A stretch of 64,000 nucleotides of DNA from Octopus vulgaris (taxonomy: Eukaryota): positions 136,586,001-136,650,000 of the forward strand of contig OX597816.1 of NCBI GenBank assembly GCA_951406725.2, given 5' to 3'. Below are positions 51,491 through 64,000 of this stretch, piece after piece; position 1 is the stretch's first letter; the number at the start of each line of letters is the position of its first letter. The translations under genes and the position numbers were made by a program. The notes under the pieces were generated by a model that saw only the letters and a list, made by a program, of their open reading frames with translations, made no database searches and was not told where the DNA came from.

Positions 51491-51621
51491 GTAAGTTATG
51501 TTAACACTGTATTATTTATGGTGGTAGGGTTTCTAATCTCTCTATCACCCTCTCTTTCTCTCACTCTCTCTTTTTTCTCTTTCTCTTCTATTGTTCTCTT
51601 TTGCCTCCCACATTCTTTCAT

Positions 51622-51965
51622 TATCATCATCGTCATCATCTGTTGTCCATGCTAACATGGGTTGAATGGTTTGACCAGGGCTGGTAAGCTGAGGTGCTGC
51701 GCCAGACTCTGGTCCGATTTGGCATGGTTTCTACAGCTGGAAGCTCTTCCTAACACCAACCACTCTGAGAGTGTTTTTACATTCCACTGGCACAAGTGCC
51801 AGTTGCATAATACCTTTATCTGCCATGACGACAATTTCACTTGGGACTTCTCAAGCACAGCATATTGCCAAAGGTCTCAGTCATTTGTCATTGCCTCTGT
51901 GAAGCCCAATGCTCAAAAGATGCTTCTTACATGACACCAGCATTGGCTACATTGCCTCTGTTAGG
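51622..51965 (-). mobile_element. RTE LINE 3' end
   Basis: (cat)n, family UTR and cttctcaagcacagcatattgccaaaggtctc (ORF end). Confidence 0.75.
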
Positions 51966-52000
51966 CCCAACTCTCTCACCCTCCACTTCCATTCATCTTC

Positions 52001-52078
<78 letters not shown>

Positions 52079-52169
52079 CCTGTTATTATCATCATTATCA
52101 CCCACCATTCTGTTAAATTTTGTCAATGATTACAAATGTCTATAATACTCCCTCCCATCTCTGTTTCAG

Positions 52170-52276
52170 TGTGTTCTTGTGTAGAGTCACTAGAATCCCA
52201 CTACATAAATACCATGGACCATGCACACAGAAGGAAGTTAGAAAAAGTTGACAGATGCCTTAGGGTTCTGGAAAGT
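52170..52276 (+). CDS. WAPL: WAPL internal coding exon (phase 1 to 0)
   Basis: tttcag| acceptor and |gtaagt donor; 107 nt; (V)CSCVESLESHYINTMDHAHRRKLEKVDRCLRVLES ends in the conserved RCLRVLES motif; phase matches the previous exon. Confidence 0.93.
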
Positions 52277-52374
52277 GTAAGTTTATCTGTAATTTTTCAT
52301 TTTATCATTGTGGCTTACAGGTGGGAGTGTAACTATAGGCGCAGGCATGGTTGTAAAAAGTTAAAGTAAATTAT

Positions 52375-52540
52375 ATATGACAGGCTTCTGTACAGTTTCC
52401 AGTTCTGAAATTTTGTTCTCAAAGCATTGTTCAATTCAAGAATATATTAGAAGACACTTGCCCAAGGTGCCGTGCAGAGGGGCTGAACCGAGAACCATAT
52501 AATTGCGAAGGAAACTTTCTTGAACACATAGCCATTCCCA
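52375..52540 (-). mobile_element. CORE-like tRNA SINE 5' half
   Basis: agaagacacttgcccaaggtgccgtgcagaggggctgaacc. Confidence 0.75.
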
Positions 52541-52559
52541 AATTTTTGTGTATGTGTGA

Positions 52560-52583
52560 GATTATGTATACTGATTACATGGT

Positions 52584-52622
<39 letters not shown>

Positions 52623-52860
52623 TATTGTGAATACTGTTTGTACATGTGTGTACAAGATTGTATATACTGTTTACATGTATGTTTGTATGTGAGTGTGTAT
52701 GTGTGTATACTATTTGTATATTGTGTATACTCTGTACCTGTGTGTGTGAAATTGTGTATACTATTTACATGTGTGTTTGCGTGAGAGTGTGTATACTGTT
52801 TGTACATGTGTGTGTATGAGAATGTGTATACTGTTGTGTATACATGTGTTTGTGTGTGTG
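52560..52860. repeat. GT-rich degenerate minisatellite (gtatactgtttgtacatgtgtgtgt)
   Basis: Seen directly. Confidence 0.8.
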
Positions 52861-55189
52861 GTTACTGGCATGATATGTGGTTAAAATGTTTGCTTTGCAA
52901 CCATGTAATTCCACTGTACAACGCATTGGTGAGTGTCCTCTAGTGGAGTCTCCAGTTGACCAGTGCTTTGTGAGTGGAAATTGGTAAACAAAATTTATGT
53001 AGAAGTCTGGAAGTGGCAGTGGCAAGGTGGAGAATTTGATTTAATAGACGCCTCTCCATCTGGGTTTTTATATTTTCTTTTCAACTTTATATCACTTTAT
53101 CATACAGTAGTACCTCTCTCTTCTGTGGCTTTTGAAGCTTACATAGCTTGTGGGTTTATATCATCAGGGTATTCCTCCTTGCAATTACTGTTTGTTAATT
53201 GCTGTTTATTGGTTCTTCTCCTGTGTCTTGATTCTGATTGGCTTTTTGACAGGATTGATAGAACTGTTTTATTGCTAGTTAATCCCAAGTCAACCTTGAA
53301 GCAGCAAATTTTATAAAACTGAAGGCATTTCAACTTATGACCTTCTTGCCTTATTTATTGCGCACAGTATACCTAGGACTGGTATGATTTAAGAGATATT
53401 TGACTGCTATTTCTAGCAGGTCAATCAACTACATCAAGACTTCCTCCTCATCATCATTATTTAACGTCTGCCTTCTATGCTGGCATGGGTTGGATGGTTT
53501 GACAGGAGCCAGCCAGGTAGAAGACTACACCAGGCTACAAGGTTTTTGTAGTGGGATGCCCTTCCTAACACCAACCACCCTGTAGAGTGGCCTGAGTGTT
53601 TTCTTACGTGGCATCAGCACAGGCGAAGCCAGTTTTGGCATGGTTTTTACTGCTGGATGCACTTCCAAATGCCAACCACTTCAGATTGTGGACTGGAAGC
53701 TTTTTACGTGGCACCAGTACTAGCAGGGTCACCAAGTAAGTTGCAAGACAAGGAATTTTGAGGAGGGGAGGGGGCATTAGAGATGATGAAAGATTAGAGT
53801 ATGACAGAGGCAGAAACAGGTGTCTTGCTATAGAGGAGGTACATGGTTACCTGACCAAGAGAGAGAGAGAGAAGAGGGGTAGGAAGAGAGAGGAATACAT
53901 ATTTGTATTGTCTATTAATTATTTATTGTGATGACTGTTGTTCAGATATAAGTATGATTCTAAGGCTAGATATTGTAGGAGATTAGTCTTTGTATGTATG
54001 TATGTATAAACTGACAACACTGTGTAGCTTTTTTTTCTGTCTTTGGCCAGTAATTGTATTTCCTATTTTCTTCCTATCTAGAAATTAAAGGAAATGACTA
54101 CTATTCCCTTCAAACTTTGTTGCTTTTGTGACCTGGACATTAATGTTTTGAAACTGGTCTATTTTCCATTACATTTCAGAAATATAATTCTAGCAAATAT
54201 TCTGCTCAATACAATAGATTTTCTTGTCAGTTGCTTGACCTTAGTGGCATCTATGATCATGAGCAGGAGTATTTAGGGAGCATCATAGCCATGTTGAGAA
54301 GAATTCTTTGAGGTTTGAATAAATGCAACAAGAGCAAAGTTTGAAGGAAATATTAGCTATTTTTCATACTTTCTAGAAGTAAGCAAATAGGAAATAACAG
54401 TTGCTACCCAAGGATAAAAATCATGTTTCATAGTGTAATCTTTTTGGAAACATATTTTTAATTATTGGCAAAAAGAATTTGAACATAAAGGATGTGTGTG
54501 TACCTATATATATTCATATATTTTTACATTAAATTAAAGGATCACTCAATACATCTTAGTGAAGTACATATATATTGTCACAAAGAAAAGCTTTCCTTGT
54601 ACAAATTATTATAATTTTTGATAATAACAGTAGTAATATGTTTGTGTATTTATATGATATAATTTACATATATGTGTGCTTTTAAGAGTGACACTTGTTA
54701 ATATAGTGTTGGTGTAAGTCAGTTGATGGGACTGAATGGTGATTGTCATTTAGTAACATATAATGAAGTGGTTGCATTTATTGAGTGACCCAGTAGGTGA
54801 TAAAGTAGGCATGTCTGTTGATGTCAAAGCATCTTGATGGATGAACAAGTTGTTGCTGCACCAAGTGATTGGTCTCAAAGGTGGTGATACTGATGTATCT
54901 GTTGATACCAGTCTGTCAGTTTATTTTATTGACAAATGAAAACTGCCTGCCCAAGGGTCTATGTTCATGTCTCCAGAGTATACGTGTTTGTCCATTGGAA
55001 AAACAAGCATCACCAAGTCTTCCTTAAATATGCTTGATGACTTGTGCAGTGACTTTGTTTAAAGTGAAGGATTGCACACTGTCATCCCCATTCTCTTGTC
55101 CATGAGCTTCTTTAATCTAGTGCCAGACCAGTTCGAGATGACTGGGGATGGAAACATGATGCATTGGACAAGCAAGATGTCTTACTTGC

Positions 55190-55890
55190 CACATCTTGCT
55201 CTCTGCACTCCACAGTGTGTTGCTACATTGTTGCAGAGTAAAAAATGGTTTGCATTTGTGTTTCTCTTTTGTTTATTTTTCAAGGTTTTCTTCATTTTTC
55301 TGATGTATTTGTCCTCCGCTGATTTACTTTTTATATCTTGTACAGTGACTGGCAACTCCTGAATGACATTACACATAACGTTTTTAATTTCCTTTTCTGA
55401 CTGTAATACAGCTATCACTGTATCTTCTAGCGGTTCCACATTCTTCAGAATTAGCTGAGATAAACAATCCGCATAGCCAATTTCCTTAGAAGGAATGTAC
55501 TCCATCTTAAAGTTGTAATTTAACAATATTGTACCCTAGCATTGTAATCTGTTGTCTGTATGGGTAAGAATTCCTTTCTTCAATCCAAAAATTGGTAGTA
55601 ACGGTTGGCGGTCTGTCTGAAGCCACAGACTTCTACCATAGAGAAATCTGTAAAATTTCTTCCCAGCAAAAATAATCACTGGAGCTTCTTTCACTACCTG
55701 ACTGTATTTTTTTTCTTCTGCAGTCAGAACATGTGAGGTATGAACCACTGCCTTCATATTACCATCTTTATGTTTGTGTAGCAAAATTGTTCCTACACTG
55801 TATTCAGAAGTGTTAGAAGCTACAACAGTCTATGCTGCTGGATCGAAATGAGCCAGTGACAAATCTGAAAGTAATATTGTTTTAATATCC
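55190..55890 (-). mobile_element. Ty3/Gypsy pol relic (RNase H region)
   Basis: LAHFDPAA*TVVASNTSEYSVGTILLH...AEEKKYSQVVKEAPVIIFAGKKFYRFLYGRSLWLQTDRQPLLPIFG...RLQC*GTILLNYNFKMEYIPSKEIGYADCLSQL. Confidence 0.88.
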
Positions 55891-57269
55891 TAAAATGCCA
55901 CATGCAATTTTTGATGTTTTTCTGAACATAGGTTTCCCAATTCTTTTCCACATGTCAGTATTAATATATAATGAAGCAGGGTAGCAATAACTTAACAATC
56001 CAACAAACATTCCATGAACTATACATAATCCAACAAACGATATTTCAACAAATTATTAAAACGACACCTTACGATTTCCATCAATTAATGCCTATTCTCC
56101 ATGTTTCTCACTCAGACCGCTACTATTTAAAGTTGTTTGGTCAAGTTTATTCTTGCAGGGAGTGTTGTGACCCTCATCACAACAATCTATTTCTAGAATC
56201 TTCTCTACTGACTTACTTTACAGACATACCTTTGCTTTACAACCACATGGCTTCTAGTTTAATTTCACTGCATGGAATTGGGGCAAGTGTCTTCTACCAT
56301 GCCCTCAAGTTTACTAATAACTTGTGACTAGAATTTGGTTGATGGAAACTGTAGAAGTACTTCACACACACACATACACAAATGTATTCTAGGATGGTTC
56401 CCTGTCATATGTGGATGAGGGTTCGATCAACTGAATTACCTGCACCTAAATTAATGTAAATCTCTGTTAGAATCATTGTGACATTGTGTGTGTGTGACAA
56501 ATGTGTACCTCTGGGTCACCTGTACAATCCATTTGATGGGCTTCTTTACTGTTTCCATCTACCGAGTTTCAAGCACAAAGTGTATGTTGACCCTAGGTTA
56601 CAGAAAATGACATTTACTGAAAATGCTATGCATTGAAGTCAAATTGAGGACCTTGTAGCTGTAGAGTAGACCTCCCCCTCCATACAGAAGAACTGGTCAT
56701 TGGTCCATATGAAACTTTTAACTACTGTTTCAAAATTGTGATGGAAAATGAAATATGCAAATAAATAAAAACTGTCTCAGTTATATATGTTTACAACCCA
56801 GACCAATGTTAGTGTATGTCTAATATATATATATGTGTGTGTGTGTGTGCATATGTATGTGTATCATTTGTTTGCTTTCCATGCTGGACATTTTGACTAG
56901 ATCTCATGAGTTGGAAGACCATGTCATGCTCCATTGTCTCAGGTTGGAATAGATTCCTCTCTTCTTATTATCATGCAATATATATTGATAATTTAAATAT
57001 TAATCTACTTTAGCTGTTTATAAAATCTTGGTTTGTAGGTGAGATTGAATTTATGTAAAGAATTAGCTTTACATTGAATCATCAGAATGAGATGATATTT
57101 TGTGATTCAGGGAGTGGTTTCCTATTTCTGCCATTCAGTTTGTTGCTTAATGAGTTTCTTAAATATTCATAAGGTGGATTAAGTTTTACATTTTATGAGA
57201 TTGCAAAACACTTAATTGATATGACCTTCAAAGCTAGTATATCATGTTCAAACCCATGTCTTAATGGAA

Positions 57270-58960
57270 TTTCAACTCACAGCATGTGTCAATATAGAAA
57301 TGTTGTAAACTGGTGTAGAACTTATTTTAATCACTGTTTCAGCAGAGTAGAATTTACTTTCACCACAGTCTCACTGGAATAGAACTTACTTTAGCCAGTG
57401 TCTCACTAGATTTGCGACTTACTCTAGATATTGTCTAAACAGAATCGAATCACTATGTATAAATGGCAATTGATTACTTAATAAATCAATTTTTGTGCTC
57501 CAATTAAATTTATCTTGTCAGCATTGTTTAACTCACTTTCTTCTCATTCTCTTTTCTCACTAAGCCTTTTTTTTCTTTATATGCGTGTATAGATAGGTAG
57601 ACTATTTATTTATATATATATCATCATCGTCGTCATCATCGTTTAACGTCCGCTTTCCATGCTAGCATGGGTTGGACGGTTCAACTGGGGTCTGGGAAGC
57701 CCGAAGGCTGCACCAGGCCAGTCAGATCTGGCGGTGTTTCTACAGCTGGATGCCCTTCCTAACACCAACTACTCTGTGAGTGTAGTATATATATATATAT
57801 ATGTATATGTATGTATGTTTCGTTTTTGGATTTGGTTTGCAAGATTCTTTATATGAGACTATTGAAAAGGTTGCAATATGCAACGAAAATTTTAGAAAAT
57901 AAAAATAAGAAATAAGTGGAAATTTTACCGGTGTGTGTGTGTGTGTTAAATAATAAGGCACTAAAAGAGAATGACTCTCCCCAGACACAACAGAATATGT
58001 ATGTATATAGTAATAATAACAATAATCCTTGGATGGAATGCATAGCTGCTCACGTTTCTACAGACTACATCTTTTAAGATCACAGTCCGTATTCCTGGGA
58101 CGATTACAATGTAGTCCATAGTATCCATAGGCATCAGTTAGATCATCCTTGTGTGTGTGTGTTCATGTATGCTTATGTGTACATATTGAAATGTATGTAT
58201 GTATAGGAGAGTGTGTTGTACTCCACTGTTTGTTTTGGTATGATTTTCACATGTCCACACCCTTCCTGACACTAACCCCTTCACAGAGTGCACTGGCTAC
58301 TTTTTTCAAAGCACCAGCATTAGTGAGGTTACCATGCAATTTGCAAGACCAAAGACTAAGTGGACATGTGATAGACAAGGAGGCAGCTTTGTGCTAGCTG
58401 TTTGGCAGTTGAAATATGAAAGAAGGGATAGGAACTGACTTTTTGCTGCAGAAGAGATATAAGGCTTACCTTTAGATTATATGAGGGTAGGTGGCTATAG
58501 TTAGTGTACTGCCAGAAGGAGAGGTAAAGATGGTTGGGACTAGTATGTCTGCAAGATACAGGAAGGCAAATAGAAGAAAACAGAGGACAAAAGATTAAAA
58601 CGGATAATAAGCAGGGGTTGAAGGAGTGTGTGGAGAGGGTAAGGGATGATTAAAGATGGGTGTAGTGGTGAATAGTGAATAAGGGCATAAAGAGTGGAAC
58701 AGTGGTCTATGGTAGATATGAATTGTTTGCAAACGCTAAAAAATTTGAAAGAGATAAGTGATCCTTAAGTTAAGGATAACACATGCACTTTTGTCACTCA
58801 AGTGAAAATTGTAATGTTTGATATTAACGGTTGGTGAATTGTGGAGTCTAGAGACAAACAACCAGATTTTTTTTTCAACTCACAGCATGTGTCAATATTG
58901 AAATGTTGTAAACTAGTGTAGAACTTATTTTTATCACTGTTTCAGCAGAGTAGGATTTAC
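57270..58960. repeat. ~88-bp direct duplication (57270-57357 / 58874-58960)
   Basis: ttcaactcacagcatgtgtcaatat.gaaatgttgtaaact.gtgtagaacttatttt.atcactgtttcagcagagtag.atttac occurs twice. Confidence 0.88.
57620..57786 (-). mobile_element. RTE LINE 3' end
   Basis: (cat)n gtttaacgtccgctttccatgctagcatgggttggacgg. Confidence 0.8.
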
Positions 58961-59032
58961 TGATTGATTTTTTTTTTTCTCTTGTTGCTATTTGTGTGTG
59001 TGTTTGTGCACACACACATATATATATACTCA

Positions 59033-59966
59033 TGCCCGCCCTCCCACCCCCACCACCAATACCGGTGAACACTGTTCTCACCATCTACACCGGATACTCC
59101 CTCTTATGTTTCTCTATCTGTCTAACTATTTATCAAATTTCTCTATCTATCTAATTTCTCTATCTATCTATCTATCTATCTATCTACATTCGTCTAAAAT
59201 CAAACTTCGTATCTTCGCGCCATCTTGAAGTATGTCCCCTCTAATACACATATGTCCTCTCTCTCTCTCTCTCTCTCTCACTCTCTCATTCATCTACAAG
59301 CTGTAGTCCTGAGTGCAGATAAGTTGAATGCTTAATTTTCACTTCGGTTACCATTTATTTATGTTTCTCTATCTGTCTAACTATTTATCAAATTTCTCTA
59401 TCTATCTAATTTCTCTATCTATCTATCTATCTATCTATCTTCATTCGTCTAAAATCAAACTTCGTATCTTCACCCGCCCTGCCCACCCCCACCACCAATA
59501 CCGGATATCTCTATATTTTGCTCCATCTATACTGGATGTCGCTTCTCCCACCACCATTATAGGTGTCTACTCTTCGAACCCCCCTCTTCAATACGCTATT
59601 TCACCATGCATTACCCCTCTCTCGATATCCTACGTTCTACTTGCCTAGAACCTGTCATCATTTCTCTGAACCACCCCTCCCCACTGGTGCTCCCCTATAT
59701 TTCTGCACCCCCCCCCCACATAAAAAGCACCATCCGAAAGTGGCCGATGCCAGACCCCTCTGGCACCTGTGCAGGTGGCACGTAAAAAACACCCACTACA
59801 CTCGCGGAGTGGTTGGCGTTAGGAAGGGCATCCAGCTGTAGAAACACTGCCAGACTAGATTGGAGCCTGGGGCAGTCCCGAGCTCCCCAGACCCCGGTCG
59901 AAACCGTCCAACCCGTGCTAGCGCGGAAAACGGACGTTAAACGATGATGATGATGATGATGATGAT
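59033..59966 (+). mobile_element. Young RTE-tailed retroelement, long copy with a C/T-rich internally duplicated 5' region
   Basis: The 3' 340 bp is near-identical to 15961-16300; internal duplications at 59105-59216 / 59359-59471 and 59035-59065 / 59473-59503. Confidence 0.75.
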
Positions 59967-60892
59967 ATTACTATAATATTACTACTATTATTATTAAAAA
60001 TTATAATAATTTGTACAAGGAAAGCTTTTCTTTGTGACAATATATATGTATTTCACTAAAATGTATTGAGTGATCCTTTAATTTAATGTAAAAATATATG
60101 AATATATATAGGTACACACACATTATCCTTTATGTTCGAATTCTTTCTACCAATAATTTGAGCTCAGGCATCAATCTTACTTTTGTCAATCAAAACTTAT
60201 TACTGTTTTGTTTTCACAACCAGCAAAAGCATTTTTATTTTAATTCAAAAAATTTGTTTTTTGTCTTCCCAAAATGATGAAGTTAGTGATTGCCATGTCG
60301 ATGCCATTCATTAACTGAATAATTTATCTTACCTTTGTGCACAGTAAACCAATGTAAACAGTGTGATGTAATCATTGATCCACTCCGAATTACAACCCAA
60401 AGTACACCCAACCCCTTGACAAAAGCATACTATAAAATTGTATATATTTCACTTGGTCTCACATTGCAGCTTAATCAAGTAAAAAAAAATTAAAAAAACG
60501 TTATAATTGATGTTTTTAGATGTGAAAAAAAACAGTAAAAAGGAAAAAATGCACTTCAAATTATTCCTTGATTACTACACTTAACAGAAAGCTCTGTTTA
60601 TGTTTCAAGTTTTCCCATACTTTTCTAAACTTATTGACCATGTATCTATGTTCATATGTAACCTTTTTTGTGTACATGGATGCATGTTTCACTTTATTTG
60701 CTATGAATGAACTTTTCTCATGAATATAGCATCGCAACATATCCTCATTACTTATAAGATTTTATCAGAAGGATTTGTGTGTATTGAGTGTTAATATGTA
60801 CTTCAGTATAATATTTAATATAGATAACCAATAAATGTCATAATCAGATGCTTCAGTCTCTCACTGTTTCTTGCTTTCTCTCTTTCTCTTAG

Positions 60893-60969
60893 GTAACTGT
60901 TACTAATATTGAAAATCAAAGTTTTCTGATCTCATACAAACAATGTGCACTTGTGAATTCACTCAACAC
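60893..60969 (+). CDS. WAPL: WAPL internal coding exon (phase 0 to 2)
   Basis: Strong polypyrimidine tract, ttag| acceptor and |gtaagt donor; 77 nt; VTVTNIENQSFLISYKQCALVNSLN resembles [24 protein letters not shown]. The gene continues beyond the window. Confidence 0.92.
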
Positions 60970-61914
60970 GTAAGTTGTCATTAAACTTGTTTCCATGATT
61001 TTTTCTTTTTTCTTTCTTTTTTGCTTTTTTGTTTGTTGTTTTTTTTGTTTTTGTTTTTGTTGTCACCCAACATCTGCCCTCTCCCTCCAACTCTAATTAT
61101 TTGTCAGGATTGTTCGATCAAGTACTTTATCTGGTAAAGATGAGGTTTTAAGACTTGACTGATGCTTATAGAGAATTTGAAATGACAATGTCACCGTCAT
61201 CACCATCATGTTATAATCTGGAATAGATTTCATACCTTACCACTCAAGACAAATTGTTTAGTGTTTGATACACTGCACCTGTTAAAGCCATAAAACTACT
61301 TCTAACCTCTTATTCCATCATTTCATATCTGGATAGAGAATTCTTCAGGTTTCTATCGATATTTTTTGTATTTTATTTACTTTTCACAGAGAAGCTGAAA
61401 GAGCTTTTGATTGCTTGTAAATTCATAAAAATACTAGATGATGCTTATGACAGGTGGGGGGAGGGGATGGTAGTTTATAACAGACGAAAACTTAGCAGTT
61501 TTTACAGGTCAACCTGCCTATGGCTACAGAATAGATCTGTGTCTGTTGCAAGTTTCTAGCCAGTTGAGAGGCAATGTGGTGGTGGAACATTACTGTAGGT
61601 AGAGCTATAAAAGCGAGGAAACAGACTAGGAAAATCAGGAGGAAAGGAGTACAGGGCAGAACAATACCATGTAGCACGAAGAGATGGTTTGCTTAGCTGG
61701 AGATGCAGAAAATTCTTATAACTGAATTTATTGTAGATTTAGAGAAGAAATTTCATAATTGAAAGCAAAACTTAGAATGGTGAGGCCTCAAAATAAACTT
61801 AGTGAAGTTTTGGTAAATAGGAAGATAAAACTCTATACCCATCAAGGAAATGACCATGCTTGAAGTGCCACAAAAAAGTAGTAAAATTCTATAGAATATA
61901 TACTTAGTGTAAAC

Positions 61915-62059
61915 CAGTGCTCTGCAATTGGGAGGCCGCAGTGTAACCTGAATATAATTTTTTCCCCTGTACTTTTAGTTATATTTTTAGTTCAGGTATG
62001 CTACCAAATCTTGAAAAAAAATAAATGTACTGCAAGTGAAAAAAGGTTGCAGAGCATTG
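61915..62059. mobile_element. hAT-type MITE
   Basis: TIRs CAGTGCTCTGCAA / TTGCAGAGCATTG; degenerate 8-bp TSD gtgtaaac / gtctaacc. Confidence 0.75.
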
Positions 62060-62069
62060 GTCTAACCCT

Positions 62070-62905
62070 TAGATATACAAGAGGTGTTGTTGAATCACAA
62101 GCAAGCTAACAGAGAAAGTAGGGTTCATGTGCCTAGTTTAGTGCTTATTGTACAGGTACAGTAAGCACTAAAAGTGCACATGAAATAGATTCTCTTAAAT
62201 ACCTGAAAGGCTCTCTAGAAGTAGTTGCTAACTTTTGTTACTAATCAGCTGTGGAGGTGGCTGCTCCAAAAGCAGAGTCGTTAGAATATGGATAGGATAG
62301 AAAAAGTTCAGGAAGCTATTATCTGTGCTGGTAACAAAATGTTTCACTCCCTGAGTGAAGGGCAATTTGTATGGGGGTTGTATACAAACTGTGGTGCTGC
62401 TTAGTAATGGAATGTCGGCCTTGATTGCAGTGGATTTGCAAAGACTAATAAAAAATGAAGTGAGTGTGTTCCGCTAGATGTGTAATATTAGTGTACATGA
62501 ATTGAAGGTTGATCTCAAAATGCTGAAGCTTATAGAGGAGCTGGCAGAGGACTATAATATGTGGTGCATTGCTGTACTCGAGAAGACCCACCACCACAAC
62601 AGAATAGAAATCCTAAAACCAAAGTGTCTCATAAAAAGCATTGGTGTGGGTGCTGGTGCCATGTAAAAAGCACTGGTGCTGATGCCACATAAAAAGCACT
62701 GGTGATGGTGCCATGTAAAAAGCACCCAGTACACTCTGCGGAGTGGTTGGCATTAAGAAAGGCATCCAGCTGTAGAAACCAAGCCAAAATGAACTATAAA
62801 ATCTGGTGTGGCTCCTGGCTTTGCCAGTTCTTGTCAAACCATCCAACCCATGCCAGCATGGAAAACAGACGTTAAATGTTGATGACAAATGCTGATGATG
62901 ATGAA
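62070..62905 (+). mobile_element. RTE-clade LINE fragment: RT C-terminus, ORF end, 3' UTR and (GAT)n
   Basis: SLEVVANFCY..ISCGGGCSKSRVVRIWIG*KKFRKLLSVL...VKGNLYGGCIQTVVL...RLIKNEVSVFR*MCNISVHE...WCIAVLEKT, directly followed by the abundant (GAT)n-tailed repeat. Confidence 0.85.
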
Positions 62906-63387
62906 TGATGTAGTTATAAATGATCTGAAAGATAAACTGAGTATATAAGGTACTCGATGTAGTGTGCAAGAAAGAAATCCATGAGAGTACAAGCACGTAA
63001 ATGCATATGAAGGATTGTAGGTGTATGAAGAAGGGAAAATCTTTGAAAGTGGATGGATCCTGTTGAAGATGACTAAAAAGATGTAATGCAGTGATGAAGA
63101 CCTGACCTCACAAAAATGACAGTGAATCATGGCAGTTGGTGAAACTCAGTGCTGGAGAAGACCCTCCCACTCTTGCAAGCATGGCATAGCAAATAATAAT
63201 GGTAATGATGGAGATTGTGTGTTATGTGTATCTACTTTTAAGCATAATGCCCAGTAAAGACTGTTAAGCTTCCTGTTGCTCTATCACAGCTACTCATCTC
63301 TCTATCACTAAATCTCTCTACTATGATTTTGTTTCCCTCATCATACTTTCTGATACCCTCTTATCTCTCAATCACCAATCATAAGTG

Positions 63388-63456
63388 AGTGGTGGTGGTG
63401 GTGGTGGTAGTGGTGGTGGTGGTGGTGGTGGTGGTGGCAGCAGTGGCAGCAGTGGC
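63388..63456. repeat. (GGT)n microsatellite
   Basis: Seen directly. Confidence 0.95.
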
Positions 63457-63764
63457 AAAGAAGAAGATCTCGTTTTATTGCCATGATATTGATTGTTTCT
63501 TTTGTTTGTTCTTTCATGAGTAGAATACATTGGGCATGTTTCTCTACAACTAAATATATGTATACATGTCTGCTCATAATCACAAGCTAATGTGGTGGTG
63601 GTGGTGGTGGCGGTGGCGGCGGCATCACTCAGTCTGATGAAATAGCAAAATGTCATTCAAACCACATCCTACCATCCTAAAAAAAAAAATTATACTTTCT
63701 GAGAAATGAAGAAGAAACGATATCGTTTGACTATTAGTCTGCTTGACTAGAGCTGATTTAGATC

Positions 63765-63985
63765 TAGATAATGTTTTCTGCCTTAGGTACAAAGCGTAGA
63801 AACTTGAGAGGAGAGGTAGTTAACAATATTGTCCCCTGTATTTGTTTGACCCTGAAAGTATGAAAGGCAAAATTGACCATGGTGAGTTTTGAACTCAGAC
63901 CATAAAGAGCCGGGAGAAATAAAATAAAGCAATTTGTCGAACACTCTACTGTTTCTGCCAATCCACCAGCTTGACAAGGCTAAAT
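63765..63985 (-). mobile_element. Nin/Deu-domain SINE, degraded
   Basis: tgaccctgaaagtatgaaaggcaaaattgacc...ttgaactcag...tttctgcca. Confidence 0.65.
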
Positions 63986-64000
63986 AATGGTCTCAAATTT

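Larger units (their letters stand above)
54460..60158. repeat. ~180-bp long-range inverted repeat (54460-54639 / 59976-60158)
   Basis: Highly similar reverse-complement arms of otherwise unique AT-rich sequence. Confidence 0.9.

Noticed and set aside
55182-55784. Domesticated or intact Gypsy gene
   Set aside because: In-frame stops, degenerate catalytic motifs, and no LTRs or integrase core.

Overview
AT-rich, microsatellite-dense eukaryotic genomic DNA. The repeat families point to an octopus/coleoid cephalopod (inference). The only host gene I can support is five internal + strand coding exons of WAPL (wings apart-like cohesin release factor) at 36896-37007, 47510-47737, 51376-51490, 52170-52276 and 60893-60969. 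They splice in frame and all have GTAAGT donors. The preceding exon was not found, so the first ~36.9 kb is probably a single intron. The rest is transposon material: tRNA-derived SINEs (CORE-like, Nin/Deu-domain and tRNA-Arg-like), many 5'-truncated RTE LINE ends with (GAT)n tails, a Dong/R4 LINE in a (TAA)n tract, a near full-length degraded DD36E Tc1 element, a Penelope GIY-YIG relic, a Ty3/Gypsy relic, a non-autonomous Helitron, and hAT, piggyBac and Tc1 MITEs. I found no novel protein-coding system. The best leads are the DD36E (Incomer-type) transposon, a decayed minimal hammerhead ribozyme motif, several locus-specific inverted duplications in the WAPL pre-mRNA (possible dsRNA/ADAR/circRNA substrates), a young chimeric element carrying an RTE tail, and repeat-free TAAT-rich islands that may be conserved non-coding elements. 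All protein family assignments are from recalled motifs, not database searches.
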